From Alphaproteobacteria bacterium (GTDB lineage: Bacteria > Pseudomonadota > Alphaproteobacteria > Bin95), in contig CBDBGH010000003.1 of the NCBI GenBank assembly GCA_965205265.1, forward strand, positions 2,496,001 to 2,560,000: a DNA stretch of 64,000 nt, given 5' to 3'. The notes beneath the pieces are model-generated. The model did no database searches. It was not told the DNA's origin and saw only the letters and a list, made by a program, of their open reading frames with translations. Position 1 is the first letter of the stretch. Every line of letters starts with the position of its first letter. The translations under genes were made by a program, and so were the position numbers. Positions 57,848-64,000 of this stretch are shown here, one piece after another.

Positions 57848-58990
57848 ATGCAGCACGATCCGTCCCCCGCCGCCGCCATTGCCGCCGCGCTTGCCGCGCG
57901 CGCCGAGGAGGTGTGCCGGCGCTATCTCCCCAACGGCCGCCGGCTCGGCCGCTACTGGATCTGCGGCGACCTCGACGGCGCTCGCGGCCGCTCGCTCTTC
58001 GTCCGCCTCTCCGGCTCCGGCAAGCCGGGGAAGTGGACCGACGCCGCCACCGGCGAGCACGGCGACCTGCTCGACCTCATCCGCCATCGCACCAACGCGC
58101 CGACGCTGCGCGCGGCGCTCGACGAGGCGCGGCGCTTCCTCGCCTTGCCGCCTGGCCCCCCGGATCGGGGTCCAGGGCAGGCGGCCCGCGATCCGGGGGG
58201 TTCGGACGCGCCTTACGACGCGACCGAGGCGGCGCGCCGCCTGTGGCGGCGCTGCAGCGCGGTCGATGGCAGCCACGCCGAGCGCTATCTCCAGGCGCGG
58301 GGCCTGTCGCGCTGCCGCTTCGTGGCGCTGCGCTTCCATCCCGAGCTTCGCTACCGCGAAGGCTCTCAGGTGCGCCGCTTCCCGGCGCTGGTCGCCGCCG
58401 TCACCGCCGGCGACGGCGCGATTACCGGCGTCCAGCGCACCTGGCTCGATCCACGCCGGCCCGCCAAGGCGGGCGTCGCGGCGCCGCGCAAGGCGCTCGG
58501 CCGCGTCTACGGCCTCGCGGTGCGCTTCGGCGTGCCCGCCGACGATGCTGCGCTCGTCGTCGGGGAGGGCATCGAGACGGTGCTCTCGCTGGTCACCGCC
58601 GTGCCGGAGATCACGGCGGCCGCCGCGCTCTCCGCCGGCAGCCTCGGCGCCTTCGCGCCGCCGCCCGGCGTCGCGCGGCTGGTGATCGCGCGGGACAACG
58701 ACGAGGACGGCGCGCTCGCCGCCGAGCGCCTCGCCCGGCGCTGCGGGCGGGCGGGCGTCGCCGCCACGGTGATCGTGCCTGCCGGCAACGACTTCAACGA
58801 CGACCTGGTCGATTTCGGCGCAGCGGCGCTGCGCGCCCGCTTCGCGCCGCTGTTCCGTTCCGCGGGCTGCCCTCCCGGCCCGCCGGCCGGGCCCGGCCGC
58901 CTCCGCTGCGCGGGAGGAAGAGAGGAGCGGAGGGTCGGGCAAGCCGACCGGGAGAGAGGAGAGAGCACATGGACGCCGTCGTCAATCTGA
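57848..58990 (+). CDS. Plasmid/ICE toprim-domain primase-like protein
   Basis: WTDAATGEHGDLLD, LRFHP, QRTWL, GEGIET, ARDND and DFND motifs. Confidence 0.85.
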   Translation: MQHDPSPAAAIAAALAARAEEVCRRYLPNGRRLGRYWICGDLDGARGRSLFVRLSGSGKPGKWTDAATGEHGDLLDLIRHRTNAPTLRAALDEARRFLALPPGPPDRGPGQAARDPGGSDAPYDATEAARRLWRRCSAVDGSHAERYLQARGLSRCRFVALRFHPELRYREGSQVRRFPALVAAVTAGDGAITGVQRTWLDPRRPAKAGVAAPRKALGRVYGLAVRFGVPADDAALVVGEGIETVLSLVTAVPEITAAAALSAGSLGAFAPPPGVARLVIARDNDEDGALAAERLARRCGRAGVAATVIVPAGNDFNDDLVDFGAAALRARFAPLFRSAGCPPGPPAGPGRLRCAGGREERRVGQADRERGESTWTPSSI

Positions 58991-59325
58991 GGACCGAACC
59001 CGCGCTGCGCGATGAGTTCGAACATGCGCAGGTCGTGGGCAACACCGTGCTGATCGACCGCCGCACCAGGTGGGGCAATCCGTTCAGGATCGGCAAGGGC
59101 CAGGACCGCGAGCAGGCGATCGCGCGCTACCGCGCCGATCTCTGGCGCCGCATCGGCGCGGGCGAGGTCTCGCTGGAAGAACTCGCCGAGCTGGATGGAT
59201 GCTGGCTGGCCTGCTGGTGCGATCCGCTGCCCTGTCACGGCCATGTGCTCGCCCGCGCGGCGGCGTGGGCATCGCAGCAGCTGGCGGAGCGCGACGCGCC
59301 GCAGGCCGACGGGGGCGCATCATGA
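58969..59325 (+). CDS. DUF4326 domain protein
   Basis: RTRWGNPF and LACWCDPLPCHGHVL motifs. Confidence 0.85.
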   Translation: MDAVVNLRTEPALRDEFEHAQVVGNTVLIDRRTRWGNPFRIGKGQDREQAIARYRADLWRRIGAGEVSLEELAELDGCWLACWCDPLPCHGHVLARAAAWASQQLAERDAPQADGGAS

Positions 59326-59549
59326 GCGGCGTCGTCTTCCGCCGCATCGCCCCGGACGAATCCCGCATCGTCCTCGACGGCGACCACGTGGGCGACGTCT
59401 ATCGCCAGGACGATGTGCTCTCGCCAGGATCGCACTTCTACGTCGTGCATCTCGACGAGGACCCGCGTGGACCCTGCCGCGTCCATGATCGCAACCGGAT
59501 CCGCGAGGTGGCCGAGCAACGGGTCCTCTCGCATCCGCTGTGGGGTTGA
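59322..59549 (+). CDS. Small hypothetical protein
   Basis: ATGA-coupled to DUF4326. Confidence 0.6.
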   Translation: MSGVVFRRIAPDESRIVLDGDHVGDVYRQDDVLSPGSHFYVVHLDEDPRGPCRVHDRNRIREVAEQRVLSHPLWG

Positions 59550-59833
59550 ACGGCCATGGCTGTCAATCGGCAACGCATCCGATGCGGCGTGAGGATTTCG
59601 GGCGCGTCGCTTCGCGACCGGGCTATCCGCTCGAATCTCCGGTCGCTGGCGCTCCCTCCGATAACCGCTCCTATCCCTCGCGCCTTCCGCTCGCAAGCTC
59701 GCTCCGCGCTTCGCTTGGCAGGGACGGCTGTCAGGCCGGCGTTTCCTGTCAGACGCCGTGCCGGGCGGAACCGCCCATGAGGTCCGTGCGGGTGGAGAGA
59801 ATTACGCCACCCCGCTGTGCTGTCCAATTGTGT

Positions 59834-60027
59834 CACACGTGCTCGGGCCAGCAACCCTGAAGGGTCCTCCGCTGCGCTCCGGCCTGGCCCAAGAAGCTCT
59901 AGGGCGGACCGTGAAAGTTGCCGACCGTGAAGATCGCGGGGCGATCTTCCGCACCAAGATCGGCAACTTTCCGCACCAGCTCCGCCCAAGAGCTTCTAGG
60001 GCCAGGTGCTTGCCCTGTGCGCGCGTG
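59834..60027 (+). promoter_or_regulatory. Long imperfect stem-loop (~195 nt); candidate Frpo-like ssDNA promoter or ssi
   Basis: Nested stems 59883-59907/59982-60006, 59914-59924/59960-59970 and 59929-59937/59941-59949, plus an outer stem. Confidence 0.55.
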
Positions 60028-60091
60028 CCCCAACAGGACATCACAACGGGGATCGGCCCCGGACGTGAAACCGATCAGTAAGGAGATCGAC

Positions 60092-61195
60092 ATGAACACC
60101 ATCGACAACATCCAGACCGCCTGCGACGACGAGCGCGAGCCGGAGCACGCCGCATCCGCTACCGCCATCGCCTGCGAAGCCGCCGCCCTCTACGGCGCCA
60201 CCCCCGGTCCCGACGAGTTCGACAACCGGCCCCTCTGGGAAGCCCCGGACCGGATCGCGACCCGTCCCCACGGCAAGCTGACCTTCGCCGAGCGGCGCAC
60301 CCGGCGCATCGAATACAAGGTGCGCAGCGATCAGGACCCGAACCTCCACCCCGGCGACCCGCTGGACCTGCCCGACCTGCGCGCCGCGTTCGAGGACTCG
60401 CACCTGCCCGCCATCGTGAACGAGATCGTCGACCTCGCCGCCGAGCGTCTGTGCGCCGACGGGACCAAGCTCGCCGACGAACGCGAGAACATGATCTGGG
60501 GACTGGTCAACTGCTTCCACGCCCAGACCCAGCGCCTCGACCGCGCGCTTGACCGGATCGAACCCGAGCTCCGCGACATGCAGCGCGAGCAGGACGGCTC
60601 CGAGGTCAAGTCGCGCAAGCTGGAGATGCTGACCGACCGGGCGCACAACATGGCCGACCGGCGCGACGCCTTCGAGATCTTCCGCGATTGCGCCGCCGAC
60701 GCCTACCGCGAGCGCACCGGCGACATCTGGAGGCCGCGACACGGCTCGCACACCAGCAAGACCCGGCAGCTGACCTCCGCCGCCATCGACGCCCGCGACT
60801 ACATCCGCGCGAGGAAGGACCGCCAGACCACGGCGCACCTGCCGCAGGGCACCCTCGTCGCCATCGCCGGCGGCAAGGACGTGCAGGACCCGGCGGCGGT
60901 GATCGCCCGGCTCGACAAGGCCCGCGAGAAGTACGCCGACATGGTGCTCGTGCATGGCGGCGGTCCCGGCGTCGAGCGGATCGCGGCAAGCTGGGCCGAG
61001 CGCAACGGCGTCCACCAGATCGTCTGCAAGCCGGACTGGGACCGCCACGGACGCGCCGCCCCGTTCCGCCGCAACGACGAACTGCTCAACCTCCTGCCGA
61101 AGGGCGTGATCGCGTTCCCCGGCTCCGGCATCACCGAGAACCTCGTCGACAAGGCGCGGCAGCTCGGCATCCCGGTTCAGCGGATCGCGGCCTGA
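60092..61195 (+). CDS. DUF2493 / YspA-SLOG family protein of alphaproteobacterial plasmids and ICEs
   Basis: WRPRHGS, LVHGG, AAPFRRND and FPGSGITENL motifs. Confidence 0.85.
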   Translation: MNTIDNIQTACDDEREPEHAASATAIACEAAALYGATPGPDEFDNRPLWEAPDRIATRPHGKLTFAERRTRRIEYKVRSDQDPNLHPGDPLDLPDLRAAFEDSHLPAIVNEIVDLAAERLCADGTKLADERENMIWGLVNCFHAQTQRLDRALDRIEPELRDMQREQDGSEVKSRKLEMLTDRAHNMADRRDAFEIFRDCAADAYRERTGDIWRPRHGSHTSKTRQLTSAAIDARDYIRARKDRQTTAHLPQGTLVAIAGGKDVQDPAAVIARLDKAREKYADMVLVHGGGPGVERIAASWAERNGVHQIVCKPDWDRHGRAAPFRRNDELLNLLPKGVIAFPGSGITENLVDKARQLGIPVQRIAA

Positions 61196-61695
61196 CCGCA
61201 GCGCATCGCGGGCCGCGGCGTCGCTCCGGCGGCGGCGCGGCCCGTTTCCGCGTGCGCACATCGGAGACGCCGCGACGCCTTCCTCGCGCGCGCTTCGCGC
61301 CGCGCTCGTGCTCCGGCTCGCTATCGCTCGCCGATCGCGCTTGCGTTCCGCATCCGCGTCACGCGCCGCTGCACCATGCTGCGCATGGGTGCATCGGCCG
61401 CCGCGCCGATCCCGGCGCTCCTGCGGAGCCCGCCCGCACGTCGCCCGACACTGCCTCGCGCAGTGCGCTCCGCAGCACCGCCGTCCGCTCAAACGCCGCG
61501 GCGGCTCCCCTCCGCCGGGTTCCCCGGCGTCGATTTCCCGACCTCCCGTTCAGCGCCAATCAGGCTTCCGACCCGCCGGGGCGGGCTTCGGGGTCACACC
61601 CCACGCATCGATGATGCAGGCGTGCCAGCGGGTTCCTTGCCGTGCTCTATCGGGTCCTTCCGGTGCCAACCGGTGCCACGGGGTTGTTGGAGCGA

Positions 61696-61824
61696 GCGAG
61701 TTTCGCGCGCAACTCGCGGATCGTCACCGCCCTGGTCCTGTCAGGCCCCGTCTGTCACCCGGCGAAACTCGCGCGCAACTCGTTGGGTTTCGGATCGTGT
61801 TCGGCGAGTTTCACCTGAAACTCG
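61696..61824. repeat. Cluster of CGAGTT(T) / (A)AACTCG half-sites
   Basis: GCGAGTTtcgcgcgcAACTCGC, GCGAAACTCGCGCGCAACTCG and CGAGTTTCA-cc-TGAAACTCG. Confidence 0.65.
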
Positions 61825-61979
61825 TGTGAGTTCCGCCCGCAGCGCCAGATCGCCCCGACAAGGTGGCAGCCCAGCTCACCGCTGAGCGTCCGGGCCGAGC
61901 GATTCCTGGAACGCAGGGGCTCGCCGACACGCCTTTCGAGTTCCCCTCCGCGTCCTTCGCGGTTCGTCTCGTCGCGAAT

Positions 61980-62249
61980 CTAGATAGCCAGCCACCATGT
62001 GCTGCGGAACAACTGCTGGATCGGCCGCGCCGTAACGCCGTACCCGCGAACGCTCTCCGGGGCGCGGACGAGCGCCAGAATCCGCTCTCCGACCAACTCC
62101 GAGACCGGCAAATCGTGTGCCAGCGCGGCGCGCCTGACCTCATCCCGCTCGGATTCCGAGAAACGGATGCTCCGGGTCTTGCGATTGTCCTCCGCCTTGT
62201 CGGCTTCGTTCCCGCCGCCGCGGGCCCGGTTGCGATTGTCTTCGCTCAT
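61980..62249 (-). pseudogene. MobC-like ribbon-helix-helix protein, probably truncated by a TAG
   Basis: RKTRSIRFSESERDEVRRAA...VSELV; coding-like sequence (IRDE..REGRG.EL) continues past the stop. Confidence 0.55.
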
Positions 62250-62562
62250 CGTGCAGCACCTCGCCGCCGTCCGTCCGATCCCTCGACCGGGCCTCGGCAA
62301 GGCTTCGCCACCGTCCCAAACGCCACCCGTGGCGACCGAGCCTTCACGATTCCAGCGCCGGCGGGACGTCCGGGCACGCCCGTCCGACCCGATGACGCAG
62401 CCCGAGCCCGTCACGATCCGAGGTCCATGCCTCCCTTGTCACGGTCGCGCACCGGAGGCTCGGGCGTCTTTTCCAGAAACTCAGCCTGGGATTCTCGGAA
62501 CCGCACACACGCCACGCCCGGCGATACAGCCAGTCGTCCTGCGAATTCCTTACTGAACAGAG

Positions 62563-63837
62563 CTACTCAAGTCCAAGCAGTAGCTCGTCTTGATCCGGGA
62601 CATTGCCCGAGTCCAGGCATCTGAGAATCCCTTCCCGGCAGATGGCCTGCCCGCGCCTGAAGATACGCTTCTGTTTCCCGTCGAGGGTCGTGACCTCTGC
62701 ATGGACAGCCCTTGAAGCAAGGTCATATGCTTCGCCGATCCCCTTTCTGTATTCCTTTCGCGACTCGACGCTGTCACCCAAGTGACGCGCGCCGCAAAGC
62801 GACGTCCTGAATCTCAACTCGCCGCGTCCGCCCCAAAGGGCCTCCAATGCGATCCGAAGGTCTATGAGGCTGTCCGCGTCGACCGCCCGTTTCGATTTGA
62901 CCCATCTCGACGTCGCGATCTTGAGTTTCGCATCTTCAACCTGCCCCAACTGCCCGTGGACGCGAACAACCTCCTGCAATTGGCATTGCTTGATCGGCGT
63001 TTCGCGCCCGGATCTTTCGATAGCCGGCATGTCGCCAGGATGGGCGAAACCGGAACCGCTCCCACCGAAGGAGGTCAAATGTGCCAACTCCCCGATGTCC
63101 ATCGTTTCGAGCATCCACCTGACATGATCGTCGCACACCAGGGACAACGCATCGCAGAAGCGCTGGATATCGAATCCGTCCCTGAACTCCGGGCATACAC
63201 TCTGCCCCGGCGTAGGCCACGCGTTCGAACTGCTTGGGACGTACAAGCCGGGTTGCTCGAATGCCAAGGAAACAAGGTATCGCCCGGCAAACACGTGGGG
63301 TGCGAAACCAGCCACGGTCAGGGAAGATGGGGCGATGGGCAAAGCCGCTCCATCGGGGACCTTCTCCATCCGAATACCCTCGATCCCAATGCTCGTCGGT
63401 TGGTCGTCCGGAACGCGGTTCGCGAGCACGAATTGACGGTTAACCCGCGCCGGTCTTCCTTCACGCCAGCCGCGCAGCAACTCGACTATGCGCGTATGAC
63501 CCAAGATCGCCGCGCCATGCACCAACCGCTTCGCATAGGCATCCACGGTGGGAAGCAGTTCGCCGCCGCCAATTCCCACCAAACCGTCTCCGACCTGACC
63601 GTCCGTGACGTAGTTCTCCAGCCAGTCTTCGAGCGCTGCGGTCAGTTCCCCAAACAGCTCTTCGTTTGCAATCTCGTCCACTTCGACATAGCGCCCGCTC
63701 AGTGCACCAGCACCGTGAAGTTCGCGAAGTTGTAGTCCTGTCAGCTGCACCCCTTCTTTCGGAATACCGAAGCCAGAGAGGCTGAATTTGGTGGTGAGTT
63801 CGTGCCACTCAAGCAGCTTCCCTATCTCGTCAACCAT
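62563..63837 (-). CDS. ApeA-like HEPN-domain protein
   Basis: IDLRIALEAL...ELRFR...AYDLASRAVH C-terminal HEPN signature; lower GC. Confidence 0.7.
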   Translation of the reverse strand: MVDEIGKLLEWHELTTKFSLSGFGIPKEGVQLTGLQLRELHGAGALSGRYVEVDEIANEELFGELTAALEDWLENYVTDGQVGDGLVGIGGGELLPTVDAYAKRLVHGAAILGHTRIVELLRGWREGRPARVNRQFVLANRVPDDQPTSIGIEGIRMEKVPDGAALPIAPSSLTVAGFAPHVFAGRYLVSLAFEQPGLYVPSSSNAWPTPGQSVCPEFRDGFDIQRFCDALSLVCDDHVRWMLETMDIGELAHLTSFGGSGSGFAHPGDMPAIERSGRETPIKQCQLQEVVRVHGQLGQVEDAKLKIATSRWVKSKRAVDADSLIDLRIALEALWGGRGELRFRTSLCGARHLGDSVESRKEYRKGIGEAYDLASRAVHAEVTTLDGKQKRIFRRGQAICREGILRCLDSGNVPDQDELLLGLE

Positions 63838-64000
63838 TCGATGATCCCTGATTCCCGGATAACGCCGACCAGGACACAGCCGTAGTCGTGCAGGACGCGG
63901 CACATTGCGGACGAATGGGCAGCCGGTGTGGGATGGAACACGTCACAGGCGCGCGAATGGACAAGCTGCCTCGGAACATCGATCGTGATGGACTCATTGG

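Overview
High-GC bacterial chromosomal window; gene content and order (aapJQMP/bztABCD; dnaB-alr-mlaE-mlaF-radA-cvpA-purF-SDR; large NAD-glutamate dehydrogenase) point to an alphaproteobacterium. The left 46 kb is mostly core and metabolic genes. It is interrupted by small, lower-GC accessory islets: DUF5678 plus retropepsin plus a DndB-like protein plus an orphan restriction-type nuclease at 5.3-8.5 kb; a decayed defence islet with an IS1595-type MITE at 21.8-23.0 kb; an IS1634-family element with a 67-bp target duplication at the dnaB start; and toxin-antitoxin modules capped by REP-like repeats at 34-38 kb. From about 46.5 kb the window is a mobile-element island. It holds a DUF3883 nuclease, a stand-alone IS630-type HTH gene behind a putative LexA-box promoter, two tandem related tyrosine-integrase modules, a group II intron whose flanks do not match, a conjugative-element leading-region block (ssb, AlkB, toprim, DUF4326, DUF2493) and a HEPN protein. 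No CRISPR array, tRNA or rRNA was seen. All family calls come from recognising motifs by eye; no database searches were run.
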